Below are positions 39,591 through 55,829 of a stretch of 64,000 bases of DNA, piece after piece (positions within the stretch are counted from its first letter, which is position 1; each line of letters opens with the position of its first letter). A model generated the notes under the pieces. It saw nothing but the letters and a program-made list of their open reading frames with translations. It made no database searches and was not told the DNA's origin. This stretch comes from Octopus vulgaris (lineage: Eukaryota). A program made the translations under genes and the position numbers. The stretch covers positions 118,792,001-118,856,000 of the forward strand of contig OX597819.1 in NCBI GenBank assembly GCA_951406725.2. The letters run 5' to 3'.

Positions 39591-41401
39591 AAGTATAAAC
39601 TGATTCATATTAGTATTGTGGGTAACGCAATACTAAAGATTGAGATATTGTATTTAATTTTGTAACTAATAACTGACAATTTACATTTAATATTCTCAAT
39701 TTCCTTTCATAGCGAGTTTTGGTTGCGATGTCAAACTATAAGCTAAAGCAACAAACAAATCAAACAATTTATCAATAAGTATTATCTCCTAACATTGTAA
39801 TAGAATACAAAAACCAAAAATAATCGGCAAATGAGAATTGTATAGGAGTATAGCTAATTGGGTATTTTACAACATCCATTAATTTAACACTGGAAAATTT
39901 CTCCATAATTGCTTTTAATTTGCGTAGCAAATTTACATTCTCCGGTCCGCTAAATATTGAAACATACCTAATCCTCACGTAATGCATAGAAATGACTGAC
40001 TAAATAGTCTGAATTACAAAATGACATCTCTGACCTGCATTTGTTTTATATTTTGTAATACCATCAGCATTTTATTTTATTAAATTCATGTATGGACATT
40101 TCATTATTATCACCAATTTTTGCAAGTAAAATAACAGCGACAAGTTCATAAAAGATGAGAATTATGGATCTTCATGATAATTTTGAAATATAAATAGCTG
40201 TTTCTAAATAATTATTTCCACTTCTCAGAAATGTCATTTTAATGAATTAAATTCGATGAAAAACCAGATGCAATATTTTATCGCGTATCAACAATTGCAG
40301 TTCAATTATAGAAGCAATTGAGGAAATATGAAATTAAAATTGATGCTTTATTTTTATTCTTTAATATTGATTTTCGTTCATTTTTTTTATTTGATTTTTG
40401 CAGAAGAAATTTCGATTTTTTTCCGGCTGGCTTTACACCCAATTATAATTATAGAATCATTGCTATTCATATTTATAAAATGATTTGTAAGATTGTTGGA
40501 GCTTTAAAAAACGAATACCTGAGGTATGTACCCCGGGGTATGAAAAGGATAAACCTATGAATATATAAGCTGAACACTGCATGCCATTCGAGACTATGAG
40601 AATTATGTGCCTTTCTAGTGAGATATGGGTAATGCCGTTGTAAATCTTTTCGGGGTTTCGGCTGAAGTTGGTCATGGTGAACAAAGACTAAAGTAAAAAG
40701 AATCTGCCAGAAGAAAACCCGGGCATGAGAACATTATTATCTGAAGTAATATTCCATGGAATCCATTATGTAACGAGTTCTTCTGAAATATTCTAGCCTG
40801 CAGTTTCTCTGGACTCACCAGTAGATAATCAACTGAGTGGACGTTCGTCCGTATAGTGTTCAGTTAATCTGTAAATAAAATTTTACGGTTGTACGGAAAA
40901 GTGAGGGAGGGATATGCAACGGATTTGTCGTTATTGTACTTTCAAATATTTGGACACACGTACACCGGTTTCTGGACTGGCATAATAGCATAACCTTCCT
41001 CAGCACGTGTTACCATCATACAGAGATCCAAGCCGTCGAGTGGAAATCTGTTCTACAAGTGATTCGTTATGCGCCGAAGACATGGCAGCCACCAGTGTGA
41101 AAATAATTTCATTACTGACCAAATAATTCACGAGAAAAATACTTCATGGCAAATAATTCAGTCTTGATTATTATATCGAGCACTTAGACATACATAGTAT
41201 GTATTTTGATTGATTTTAATCCTTGCGCCATTTAATGCTCTTTTGGGGACCTGCAATCACCTAAGATATAGATTCTGTTATTATTATTATTATTATTATT
41301 ATTTAAATTGTTACACTAGGTAATAACGGAGTCAAATGGTACCTTTTGCAAATTATTTTTTCGCGAATTATTTTCTCCGTATTGAAATTATATATATATA
41401 T

Positions 41402-41476
<75 letters not shown>

Positions 41477-41519
41477 GAGGGAGGGGGAGAGACAGAGAGA
41501 GAGAGCATCAGGTAATTAG

Positions 41520-41670
41520 ATGCCATTATTACGGATTACTAGTCCTTTTTTCATGACTAATGTTTTCGGCTTATCTTTGCCAAGTTCCATGCCTATATCT
41601 TTGGTGAAGAGGCTTACTGTTTGTATTAAGAAGTCTATTTCGTCAGATCATCCATGTAGTACCAATAGTT
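41520..41670 (-). pseudogene. R4/Dong-type LINE RT fragment
   Basis: Minus translation: YMDDL...FLIQTVSLFTKDIGMELGKDK. Confidence 0.65.
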
Positions 41671-41714
41671 AATTTTTTCTTTTACTATCTCGAAACAGCT
41701 ACCCGGCTTTTCTT

Positions 41715-41747
41715 ATTATTATCGTCAACATCATCATCATCGTCATC

Positions 41748-41786
<39 letters not shown>

Positions 41787-41941
41787 AATCATCATCATTA
41801 TCACCATCATCATCATCATCATCTTCCTTATTATTATTGTTGTTGTTGGCGCTGTTGTAGTCATCGTCGTCATCGTCGTTGTCGTGATCATCAACACCTT
41901 CATCATCATCATCATCAGCAGCAGCATCATCAACATCATCA
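41715..41941. repeat. Compound (CAT)n/(TTG)n trinucleotide microsatellite
   Basis: Directly visible. Confidence 0.9.
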
Positions 41942-43130
41942 GTATCTGGTGGGTACTCAATTTTGAGTGTGTTTGTGCGGAATATTTGCGCGTGCGTGAT
42001 TGTGAACTCATGAATGAATCCACGATGTGTGTAGAAATGTGTTTTATTACATACAATTGGTTTCAATGTGTAAATACACACGTGCCCACACACATATATA
42101 CTTACAGACCTCTGCACATGTACATATAAAATATACATTTGCATGTATATCCATACATGCATCTGTATGTGTGTATATATGTGTGTATAAATGTATGCAT
42201 CTATGTATGCATGTATGTATGTATGTATGTATGTATGAATGCATGTGTGCATGCATGTATATATGTATATATGTATGCATTTATACATATTAAATTGTCA
42301 CATATTTGCATTTATAAGTATTTTCAAAGTAACTCATGAATTTTTAAGCCATAAATTCGTTGCGTCTATGCAGATACACTGCTATTCGTTTCTTTTATTG
42401 TTTCGCCTTTGAACTAAAGTATATCAACTAATATACAATTGTGTATCATCAATACTTTATTTTTAATATAATTTAATGTGGAGCTAACAATATCATATAA
42501 ATATTTAAACCATAATTCAAGAAATTTTTTTCTGTAAACGTTAACGGTTTAGCTTCTTATTCTTCTGTGATAAGTAAGCCTCATTGCATATTTCTATACA
42601 TATTTGACACTAAAGAAAATTCCCCTTGTGCTTTATTCTTTTATACAGCAGTAAGCATTCATTTGCTTCTTCAGAAATTCAAACAGTTATTCATATACGG
42701 GCATATTTCTCGCAGATTCATGATTATGTGGAGAAAGCTGCATCTGCATTTACTGTCAAAATGCATCGATATAATTTCACTAACTTCAATGTGCATGGTT
42801 GAATATTATATGCAGCACTTATATTCAAAATCTCCTGTTAACGCTCACGTAAATATTCAATCTACTGGGTGCCTGCGTTTTATCTAACCATATAAAATAT
42901 TATGAAAAATACACGTTTCATATATTGTGGTCTATAAGATATCGTATAACATTCTCTGATATTCTACTGGTAAAATAATTGAGTTGCAGTCTTCTTACAT
43001 TCAAAAGCACGAGGAAAGCGTCAGCATTTGCGTTTACTCAAATCTAACATTTAATCAAGAGCAATAGTTCAGTGAACATATATTTACTTTACATATATAT
43101 ATTTATAAATACATGCATACACACACATAT

Positions 43131-43227
<97 letters not shown>

Positions 43228-43245
43228 TATATATACATATATATA

Positions 43246-43374
<129 letters not shown>

Positions 43375-45129
43375 TTATGCTTTGTAGTCTAGATTTCTTT
43401 AAAAGATAGGGAGGAAATTTTTAAATGGCTCACTGCTCTTCTATCAGGTAAAAATCATCTTTTATGTTTCATACAATATTGATGACTTTAACATTTCTGA
43501 GAAGTTTGTACTGATTTATACTTTCTTCAAATTTCTCAGAAACACTACTAAAGCCTTATTTCAAAGTAGTAGTTCTCATAGCACTGTGTAGCACCCTTTA
43601 TGTCCGTTGGTAGGAAACGTTGTTTTCTATCTTTCTTAGACCTAGAAGGTATGAAACGTGGCTAAAATTTTCTTTAAAATTTGTTTTGTTACATTTATTC
43701 AAACCCCAATACATTCCTCTAAACGTATGGTTATGGTGCTTCCCCACTACACCTGCTCTTGATAAGATATGAACTTATTGTCAGACTCGAAGGTACATGC
43801 TTGAGTGATTAAGATCAAGCAACTGACAAGCAAATCTGTGGTATTGAGCAGAATATTTGCAATAACGATATTTCTCTTTCAGCAAACTCTGTCTGAAATA
43901 TAACTGAAATAGATCAGTTTCAAAACATTGCTGTCCAGTTCACAAAACCAAAGTGTGGAAGGAATAGAACGCCATTTCATTTGATCTCTAGATAGAATCA
44001 ATTAATAAATAACACTTACTAACTAAAGACAAAAGAAATAATAAAAAATCACAGTACAATGAACATATTTCAACAGTAAGTAATCAATTAAATTTTACTA
44101 TGAATATCAGGTGAAGTTTTACTCATTACTTAATTTTTTGTTTGTATTACAACTTCAGGAGTAGTAACCATGTTAGTATATTTCACATTTTTACAATGGA
44201 GTTTAGTTATTATAGCAACTGCGTGGTCTGAACTCATTCATCCTCTTCACTAATTTTGTTGTACGAAATTACCACATGGGGATTTTTTACAATCGGTAAC
44301 AATCGATTCTTTTTCCGTTTAACAGATGTTGGATAGGAAAACAAGAAAAACAATGGGAATCGTTTAATTACTTTTACTATAACAAAACTATTTGTGGTGG
44401 TTGTCATGCGAAAGTTTTATTTCTAACACTAGAAAAGTCACAATCAAAATGTTTAAAACCTTAAATACAATAGTAAATAGCTATCTATCATTCGGGCACT
44501 ATTATTTTGAATTCTGGTTAAGGTGTCGTATCTAAATACCGCAATATGTCTTCTAATTTGCATTCTGAAAAACCACCATCTTGAATTTATTAGTATTAAT
44601 ACGGGTTTCGAATATGGCTACAATAAAATACATTTGGGGGTGTTGAAGCATTATGGATGAATGTATTTACAGCAGTGCTACAAAATTAGTTTTGTATCAT
44701 TTCTAGATAGATACCATTCATAACTCGAGACGTTACGAAATAGAGTGAGTATTTTGCTCCGTGGTGAAACTCTTTCGCCAATATTTTTTTTTTCAGCGTA
44801 AAAATAAGTATTAACAACGTATATGTGCATCAGTGCCTTAGACATTTACAAACAGTTTTCATTGGTCAAATTTTCTTTTCTTTTAATCCACTGTTTGCTA
44901 CAATTTCAAATATCAAGTTGACATTTGAATCTTTTTCAAGTGGCATTTTCCCATTTTTTTTCTACATTCAACAATACAATTTTTAAATCACCTCATCTCT
45001 TTATTCAAGATAACTTATGAACCTAAGGTTCAACAGTGATGGAGTTTGAATATTAGAATTTTTTGTAACTAATTGATGTTGTATGCAGGAAAGGTAAGCA
45101 TGCAAAACTAACGTCCAGAGACACCAAAA

Positions 45130-45345
45130 AGTAGTCGTGCAAAGCTGATGACCACGGGCTCTGTGAACGATACAAGAAAAAGTGGCCGTCCAACTACATA
45201 CCGGTCAGTGGCGGAGAACGTGGCGATAGTGCAGGAAATGTCTAATCGCAACCCACAAATATCAACACGTAAATCAGCTCTTGAAAGTGGATTAACAAAA
45301 TACACAATACGTACAGTGTTGCATAAAGAATTGATTTTTCCTTCA
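45130..45345 (+). pseudogene. Tc1/mariner-superfamily transposase N-terminal HTH fragment
   Basis: TGSVNDTRKSGRPTT..ENVAIVQE..NPQISTRK...IRTVLHKEL. Confidence 0.7.
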
Positions 45346-45693
45346 TCGTTATACTTGTGTATTGATTCCCCAAACAAATTCACATTGAGTTAACTATATT
45401 AATTTTTATAATACTCTATTACATAGCCGCAAGCCTCTGTTATATGGACCGTAAGCCTCTGTTTGACCGTGTTATATGGACCATCCCATTACACTCACGC
45501 CACAACGTCTTACCATTGCTATTTCCCCCAGGAAATTGGAATAGGATGTAACTCTCATTATCTATGGAAATTTCCTCTAGAAGTGTCATTCTTTACAAAA
45601 AGATGTAATCCCATAACTTGTGGATATTACCATGGAATTTCCTTATTTTTACTATTCCTTACGATTTATTATTTTATTATTTAATCTTTCTTC

Positions 45694-45838
45694 TATCTCT
45701 GATGAAGCTTTGGGTCTCAATTACTGTCAAACCCCTGTCCAATATTTGTTCAATCTTTGTACAATCCCTAAATATTACTGGTTATGATGTGCAAACTTTG
45801 TCAAGTTGGACACCACAAAAGTAGAAACAACTGAAAGT
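45694..45838 (+). ncRNA. Possible degenerate hammerhead with long stem II
   Basis: ct-CTGATGA-agctttgggt...accacaaaagta-GAAA-caactg-aa-ag; cleavage triplet lost. Confidence 0.3.
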
Positions 45839-46194
45839 TTAGTATTTTTTCACTCGTTTATTCTTATTCATTTATTTATTTTTATCTATGTATCTACTAG
45901 TATATTAGTTTTTTTTTATTCTGATTAATTATACAGATGATTGTTACTAATAAGTAAATAGATCCGGATGAGTGTTCACAGTCTGCTATTTGTTATTGTT
46001 TATCCTCTCCATTTTCTTATTTGCCTTATAAATTCTGGTAAATTTCCGCTTTACCCCCCACTTATAGCTATTATTCATTTGCGGTACTGCCATGAAAGAA
46101 TATACACTTGGATATAAATACGTAGGTATAAACCCAGTAGTATATTGGATATTTATTATTCTTTAGATGGCTGTTTAACCGCTAACTCATATAG

Positions 46195-46700
<506 letters not shown>

Positions 46701-46964
46701 ATGTATAAGATCCAAGGATCGAGGTGTAGGAAGAAATTTGTCTTCGAGAAATCCGCAGTGTATATAAAAAGAAATTCAGGAACAATAGTGGTTCATTGAG
46801 AAGGAAGGTTGCAAATTGTTGGTTTTTCGTTTAACGAAGTACGATGAACTGAAACAAAGTTCTTATATTCCTCGGTAGGCCTAGGATATCCTCATTAGAT
46901 TAAAGTCTACAGTGTTGCAAGGTTGCACTGGCTGACGCAAAAATTCAATATATATATTTTTTTT

Positions 46965-47339
46965 CCTTGTTTCAGTAATTTGACTGCGGCCATGCTGGAG
47001 CACCGCCTTTAATCGAACAATTCGACCCCGGGACTTATCCTTTTGTAAGCCCAGTACTTATTCTATCGGTCTCTTTTGCCGAACCGCTAAGTTACGGAGA
47101 CGTAAACACACCACCATCGGTTGTCAAGCAATGCTAGGGGGACAAACACACACACGCATATATATATATACATATATACGACAGGCTTCTTTCAGTTTCC
47201 GTCTACCAAATCCACTCACAAGACTTTGGTCGGCCCGAGGGTATAGTAGAACACACTTGCCCAAAATGCCACGCAGTGGGACTGAACCCGGAACCATGTG
47301 GTTGGTAAACAAGCTACTTATCACACAGCCACTCCTGTG

Positions 47340-47343
<4 letters not shown>
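46965..47343 (-). mobile_element. SINE family A, full length
   Basis: Near-consensus copy. Confidence 0.9.
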
Positions 47344-47386
<43 letters not shown>

Positions 47387-48442
47387 ACATACATATATAC
47401 ACATACACACATGTATATATGTATGTATTTATGTATGTAAGTATATTATGTTTGATTAAGGAGAGGGATGTAAAGATGGGAAATTCGAGGATGTTTATTG
47501 ATCATTTCAATATGTATGTGCGTATGGGTGCGTGAGTGAGTGACTGTGGAAATTTGTGTATACAGGGAGACATATTCTGTGTGAAATAAATGTCCAATAG
47601 AGAATGTTTTAATGTGGAAGATTAACTAGGAAAATTTGTATATCAGTCTGCATGATCATGTTAGATATAAAAGTAATGAAGCATTAAATTATGAATATAA
47701 ATCAATTTTGTTAGTAATTGGAAAACATGCAACAATTATGCATGTCGCCTTTCGAATTCAAGGAAAACTGAACAGCGATAAGTGAAGCAGTCAGTGATCA
47801 CATGATGCTGTGTTTGTTGACTCTAGTTACCAATAATTTATAATCATTTTGTTTTAGTTTCCCCAAAGCATTTTTAGTTATATTTGTTTGAAGATCGTCT
47901 AGCGCATATTACGTACCCTGCGCGGTTGGATTACTTTATCCTTCCTTATTAACACTTGAAACTATTCAATGATAGATATTTCTTATATTGCTCTGCTACG
48001 CCTCAGTGCAGTAAAATATTTTCTCCTCTTACATTTTGAAAATGCAATACAAAATTCTAATTAAGTGATACAAATGAAAAATAAACCAAAATTGTGTGTA
48101 AAATTATAAATTTGTTGGAATACTAGAAGAGAATCTATTTAGTCTTGTAGCGTGTTTTATGCCATTCGTTAAAATTAATATTGCGTTTCGACCAAAATGC
48201 ATTTTATTAATATTAAAATAAAAACAGGCTTAAACTCTTGTGTATGGTGCCATATAATGAGATAATATTTATGAGACTGAATAGTCATCCGACACAGGCA
48301 AATGTACTTTTCCTACATATACATATACATATATGGAGTAATTTAATAACGAATAAATTATAGCGACAAACGTATATTTACATTTTAACTGGTGATATCA
48401 TTGGTAACTCCCTAGCGCACTAATTTTATTGTAATAATTGTA

Positions 48443-48523
<81 letters not shown>

Positions 48524-48869
48524 GTATATATACTTCGAACTGCTTTCCATATATTATTAAGTTAGCAAAGACCCTAACAAATAAAGGAAAAAATATACTG
48601 CTCATGAACAACCTACTTAGAAAGCATCCAGAGGGGAAATATCCACTGCAATAAGTATTGAATATTACAGATCCATTTTTCAGCTAGACCTTACTACTCT
48701 CTCATTTATCCACTTACCTCCTCTTTGCTTATGGGTCAACCTATTTATGAGTGTGTATGTGTGTGTGCGTGTGTGTTACTGTGTGTGTGCTTGCAAGTGT
48801 GGACTTATGTCGCGCTCTTTACTCATTGCTTGCAACGTCTTAATTTTAACTGTCTCTGTAGCTCTCTTT

Positions 48870-48905
<36 letters not shown>

Positions 48906-49385
48906 AGTCAATATAAACTGTGACTGGAGCGCCAAGCTCTCAAACAACCAACATTTATAGCGGTTATTATTAGACAGAAATTATCTGATACGTATTCCTC
49001 CGCGAGTAAGTGAATAAAGGAAGTATAGTGTCAAGAATTTCTGACAAAATCATAAAGAAGGAGCGTGTTGGAGTTCATAAGAACGTAGTGGCACATTCAT
49101 ATGCAGTGCTCGGGAGATTTTAACTCAAATGTTTCAAGGTCGAATTTAGGCAAATATGTCATGTAAAATAAATTCTGTGAGATACACGATGGGTTTATTG
49201 ATAATTTCCATCTAACAAATCCTCTCAAAAGGGCTGGGCAAACCGGGGCTACGATGGAAATCACCTGCCGAAGGTGCGACCCTGTCGGATTGAATTTGAA
49301 TCAACGTATTTGAGAAAAAAATCCTTTCCACACCGTGACGGCTGTAAATATACACGCGCTCACCCACACTCGCACACCCACCCAC

Positions 49386-49451
<66 letters not shown>

Positions 49452-49864
49452 ACTCTCTTTTACTGTTTTACTTGTTTCAGTCATTTGACTGCGGCCATGC
49501 TGGAGCACCGCCTTTAGTCGAACAAATCAACCCCGGGGCTTATTCTTTGTAAGCCCAGTACTTATTCTATCGGTTTCTTTTGCCGAACCGCTAAGTGACG
49601 GGGACGTAAACACACCAGCATCGGTTGTCAAGCAATGCTAGGGGGACAAACACAGACACACAAACATACACATATACATATATATATATATACATATATA
49701 CGACAGGCTTCTTTCAGTTTCCGTCTACCAAATCTACTCACAAGGCTTTGGTCGGCCCGAGGCTATAGTAGAAGACACATGCCCAAGATGCCACGCAGTG
49801 GGACTGAACCTGGAACCATGTAGTTGGTAAGCAAGCTACTTACCACACAGCCACTCCTGCGCCT
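49452..49864 (-). mobile_element. SINE family A, full length
   Basis: Near-consensus copy. Confidence 0.9.
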
Positions 49865-49875
49865 ATAGCCACTCC

Positions 49876-49906
<31 letters not shown>

Positions 49907-49907
49907 C

Positions 49908-50179
49908 TCACGTGATCACGTGACCAACCAGACCATCAGATGTTGTTACACATCACTGGTCACAATGCGTTCGCATTGTTTTACCCTTCGGATGACGCCA
50001 CCCCGCTGGCTAAGCGAGCAGGCCAACAGAAGAAAGAGTAGTCAAAGAGTACAGCTCCTCGTGGAGCTTTTTTAGGTGTTTTGGCTCAATAAACACTCAC
50101 AACGCCCGGTCTAGGTATCGAAACCGCGATCCTACGACCGCGACTCCGCTCCCCTAACCGATGGGCCATTGCGCCTCCA
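49908..50179 (-). mobile_element. SINE family C variant (same head, different 3' part)
   Basis: TGGAGGCGCAATGGCCCATCGG...GGTTTCGATACC head shared with 24615-25028. Confidence 0.8.
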
Positions 50180-50186
50180 CAATCAC

Positions 50187-50274
<88 letters not shown>

Positions 50275-50276
<2 letters not shown>

Positions 50277-50440
50277 GAGAATTCACAAAAAAATCAAAAG
50301 ACGAAGACAGGTGTTGGAGACAACAAACAGATGTGTTAGTATAACGCACTTGAATTGAAAAATTCTTTAGCGTTTCGAACCTACACTCTTCCACAGAAAG
50401 GATCACAGAAAGAGACAAAGTGAGAAAATAAAGAAGGGGA
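50275..50440 (-). mobile_element. Mini-HHR element, copy 5
   Basis: Minus strand reads cttt-CTGTGGA-agagtgtaggttc-GAAA-cg-CT-aaag; 3' end at (TA)n. Confidence 0.65.
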
Positions 50441-50783
50441 TAAAATATTTTCCAATTACAAACAAAATTGGTTTATATTCATAATTTAATGCTTCAACAC
50501 TTTTATATCTAACATGATCATGCAGACTGATATACAAAATGTTTTTTGTTAACCTGCCACATTAAAACACTCTCTATTGGGCATATATTTCCGTCGGAGA
50601 AGCATACAGAAACAACTACAGAGACGTATCAAATCTCTCTCACCGCTATTAATCTTTATTTCACACAGAAGCTGTTTCCTGTATACATAAATTCCCACAA
50701 ACACTCACACACGCACACATTAAACTACGGATTGCTCGAAGTTGAATTTCTTCCTACACCTCCATCCCTGGAACTTATACATA

Positions 50784-50861
<78 letters not shown>

Positions 50862-50863
<2 letters not shown>

Positions 50864-51042
50864 AAGGAGCTTCTACAGGACTAGAAGTGTTTCATTCAAA
50901 AGAAATCATCAGGAAGCTCCTGATGATTTCTTTTGAATGAAACAGTTCTAGTCATGTAGAAGCTCCTTCTATATAATAAATTTACTCTGCTATGTATTGA
51001 GTACCTTATTTACTGTGGTTAACCCCGACTCAACCCGGGACC

Positions 51043-51046
<4 letters not shown>
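50862..51046. mobile_element. Small fold-back HHR element in (TA)n
   Basis: Palindrome 50862-50970. Minus strand reads gagcttc-CTGATGA-tttcttttgaat-GAAA-ca..tg-TA-gaagctc; the plus copy has CTGATGA at 50920 and GTA at 50956-50958. Confidence 0.75.
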
Positions 51047-51099
<53 letters not shown>

Positions 51100-51248
51100 C
51101 TATATGTATATATATATGTGTGTGTGAATATATATATGTAGTTGTAATACCACACCATAGCAAGTTTATTGTTTAAGCTTATTTCGGTTCGTCTTTGGTT
51201 TTGTTTGCATTTATAATAAAAAATATGTACAAATATGTACAAATTATA

Positions 51249-51325
<77 letters not shown>

Positions 51326-51479
51326 TACTCTTTCTTCTTCGCGGAGTTTTACCTATCACGGACTATTTGGGATCTTAAAAGCCGCGATAGTCAAGGGTTT
51401 ACCATGAAGAACACACACACACATAGTATTCAGATAACTTTATGATCCAAGATGTGTATTCATGAAGCAGTTTTTCAGA

Positions 51480-52920
51480 TCCAAGTCTAACCCAGTTTGC
51501 AGTTGTTATCCAGTCTAATGCCTTGAGAAATGTATCGTCCCTAGATCTGTGTCAGCATCTCCACGCTTCAGGAGTGACAGTTGATATCATATTCTCTCTC
51601 CGCCAGCTACAAGAGAAACGCAACGAGCAAAACAACGGTTGATACCATTGATTTGTTGATTTTATCAGATTTTATCACAGTTGATAAGAAAGTTCTTTGG
51701 CAGGTGTTCAAGGAATTTAGCTGTCCTCAAACTTTTGTGAATAGAAGCAGAGTTCTCTATTAGATATAATGACTCATGTTCACTTCAATGGAATATTGCC
51801 GGTATCATTTCCGAAAGAAAATGTAAATAAAGAGGAAGGTGATCTTGTAGCACCGACACTCTGCTCCATATATATAATGCAGCTGTACTTTCAACAGCTG
51901 TCATCCATGTACAACATCATTTTTCGGTTAATGGGTTTAATCTCATGAAATTGAAATTTAAATCCATTTTTGATCATTGGAACTCAGACAACTGTGGGCT
52001 AGTAAGTTAGATAGAGCAAAGCTCACAATATCTTATTAGTGCATGTGTTACTTCATGTGATGTATTTAGTAGAAAAATTCATTTGAAGGGAAAAAAACCC
52101 ACTATAGTAATGCACCGATCTGCTTGTACATGACAATTCACTTCTCTTCAGATGCAATTCATGTTTCCATTACTTAAGTGAAGATACCTGAATATCTTGG
52201 TACAAGATGATGAAAACCTAGACACAGGAATCACAATTCGTATTCAAAGAAGCCTAGTCTAAATTCTGGTTGAAACGAAATATTAAATCCGAAACTAAGT
52301 ACTTGGTGTGTGCCGAATTCTTTCCTAATGCCATGTAGTATTCTTGAACATCATGGACTATAGATATGCTGGATGTAAAAACGCTGGAAAGATTTCACCA
52401 GAAATGTCTCCCCTATATACTCAGAATAACCTGATCCTCCCTTTTCTGACTCTGAGGTCTTGTGGATACTAGAATTACATGAATCCAAACCATGCATATT
52501 GGGAATTAAGTACGATGAAGATGCCATCTGATGTCTATGGTTGATAAACACTTTGACAAACAAATGGTTTATGCTGAGCTTATACTGAAATTCTTTAAAA
52601 TCAATTTTGAGTATCATTACAGTATCTTCAAATAGTTTTTCTATTACATGCGACTGATACTGAAGCGTGGGAAGATTCGATTTAAAATTCTGTTACAGTC
52701 TTTGAGTCTGACTGAGTTTATAAATACATCTAGCGATATGCATTAAACCTGAGACATTGATTGAAGATACATAACGTCATATAAATCTGAAAATGTATTG
52801 TATCTTCCAAGCAGGAAAAAATTAGTACATCGTTGGCAAATTGTGTCTGTTAATTGGTATTTTTCGCTCATTCGATGATGCACGTCTGTTGTTGATTCTA
52901 CCAATAACATGACTGGAAAC
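51480..52920 (+). mobile_element. Decayed RTE-clade LINE
   Basis: LQEKRNEQN, LWQVFKEFSCPQTF, LVAPTL, LERFHQKCL and a C-terminal Zn-finger-like remnant; many frameshifts. Confidence 0.7.
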
Positions 52921-52940
52921 TATATATAAACGTTTATATG

Positions 52941-53010
<70 letters not shown>

Positions 53011-53140
53011 GAGAGAGAGAGAAGTAGAGAGAGAGATATATGTATATATATATATAAATATGTACATATATGTATATATACATACGTACATATATATATA
53101 CATACATACATATATATACATATATATACATATACACAAA

Positions 53141-53194
<54 letters not shown>

Positions 53195-53214
53195 CACATA
53201 TATATATACATATG

Positions 53215-53270
<56 letters not shown>

Positions 53271-55354
53271 TATTACATCATTCTGTAGGCAGTGAAATTT
53301 CAAAAATGCTTAATATACAACTTAAAACTCATCAAAGATATCACATAAATGGTGCAGATTCAAATGCGCACTATCCTAGATATGTAATGAAACTCTCGCA
53401 GTTATGAAAGATCACAGACAGAAATATGTAGAATTAAACACACAATATAAGAGGGAACTTATGCAGAGGCCTTGCCTAAAAAAACCTTTGACCATACCTC
53501 TAATACGTCAAAGTTGTCTTAGTACAAATCTTGTACCGACACTAAGTCATATAATGTTTGGATCATGTTGATCATGGACTTTGTTTTCAATAATTATTGT
53601 TGTGATCACAGTTTTTGTAGTAGAACTTTTAGGCAGAGAATCCGTTAAATCTTTAAAGCATTCGACTAATTTACTTGCAGAATTTCACTCAGTTCTTTAA
53701 TATTCTTTGATCAAATAATATGGAATTTAAATTTGCTTTTCAGAGCATGCTTCGGCGCTATCTTTACACGACATTTACTTTAAAACTACCCAGTTCAGTG
53801 ATGGGTGATTGCTTTGTATTTAACCGACGAGGTTGTGCGTATAAAAGATAATATAAATGAATAATGGCATCCAGAAACTGCCTTTGCAATCGTACACGAA
53901 TTTTCCATTATAAATGCATAACGTTTGTTGAATAAGAAGGTGTTTCAGATCTCATGTTGTAGGAAGGAAGAAAGATTTTTCAGTTATATGTAATTGCTCA
54001 TTCTCGTCCAAATCAATGTGAAAGAAATTCGTTTCATCGAAATTACCTTAACATCTATCACGGACTAGAGATTTTTGAATTACTATTCGTCTTCATCGAA
54101 TAATCAGGATTTGTTCCATTAATTTACATAAAATGTGATTTCCTATACTTTTTCTATTTAGGCTTGGATCCTGTCGTTAAATTACATAAGCTGATATTGT
54201 AATTTGTTAAAGAAATGGTCATGCACAGCTAATGTCTGTAATTTGCCTAATGTAAAAATAGAATTAATAGGAAAATATCACTTGTTATATATTTCACACT
54301 TTCTCACACCACATCTATTTATCAGTTTCTTTAGATCTTTCACTATTCCATTCTATGTCTCTTACTCATTATTATTATTTGTCTCCGTGAACGTTTGTAT
54401 TGAATATGTTGTCTTTATAATTACTATCAATGCGAAGGTTCTCATACCAACGCAACTTATTTCATTTTCCAGGCTGCTTTAAGAGGCTTTGCAATACACT
54501 TCGATTATTCAGAAGGTTCTAACACTCTCTTCAAAACAACTACACGTGTTGCTCAACTGTTTTCCTTGTAGTACAGTTTAAGTAGTTTAGTATGCAGACA
54601 CATTGATATCAAACGGTATCAATCGTATTATTTTCACTAGACAGTATTTAAACTATTTTCTGAAGCTCCTCTAAATTAGGGCCAAATGTGGCTTGAAATT
54701 AAAGACTAAAGAGAAATTGTGAAAGAGGGTCCGGTAGCCATAGCTCAGAATCGAAAAAGTTTGGAGTAAAGTCGAAGATGATCTATGCTTCATACAGATC
54801 GAAATGCATAAGAAGGCAGGCAAAGGATATTATATTGTTTGCAAATCAACACTATATTGAACGATAGACTGTTCTAGCCTCAGTAGTGAAAAATATGATT
54901 CTTACAATAGTATATTTTAATTTCGTCCATAGGTGCAGACACGCACCAATTATAAGATATAAATCACGTTACTTCATGCACACAATTAATGTGGCATACT
55001 TCTGAATCTCCTTATTAATATGCCAAATAGAAATAATGAATTCGGTTTCATCAGTTTAAAGTTAGGCAGGTTTGCGAGGCAATTTACTGGCAGTGAATTA
55101 AGAGACATGGTCTCTTCGAAGTTATGATGTAAAAACTTTCTCCCTGTGTTTCATAAAATTAATTAATAACTGCAAAATCAATACAAAGCTGCATTCTCCG
55201 AAGAACATGCTGAATATAAGCGAGAAATTCATTTCTCTGTATTCCTGAGAACAGTTCAGTAAAGATGCTACATGTCTGATTAGCATAATATCGAAACGAA
55301 ATAGACCGTCCTCCTGCCCGAGCACTAATGATGTTAGTAACAAAGCAACAGTGA

Positions 55355-55380
55355 TAAATAATAATAATAATAATAATAAT

Positions 55381-55437
<57 letters not shown>

Positions 55438-55447
55438 AATAATAATG

Positions 55448-55484
<37 letters not shown>

Positions 55485-55536
55485 TAATAATAATAATAAT
55501 AATAATGATCATAATGATAATAATAATGATATTAAA

Positions 55537-55577
<41 letters not shown>

Positions 55578-55677
55578 TCATAATGATAATAATAATGATA
55601 TTAAAAATAATAATAATAATAATAATAATAAAAATAATAATAATAATGATCATAATGATAATAATAATGATATTAAA

Positions 55678-55727
<50 letters not shown>

Positions 55728-55760
55728 TCATAATGATAATAATAATGATATTAAAAATAA

Positions 55761-55829
<69 letters not shown>

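Noticed and set aside
41746-42288. Asp-rich 180-aa ORF resembling an acidic biomineralisation protein
   Set aside because: Derived from (CAT)n and (TATG)n microsatellites.
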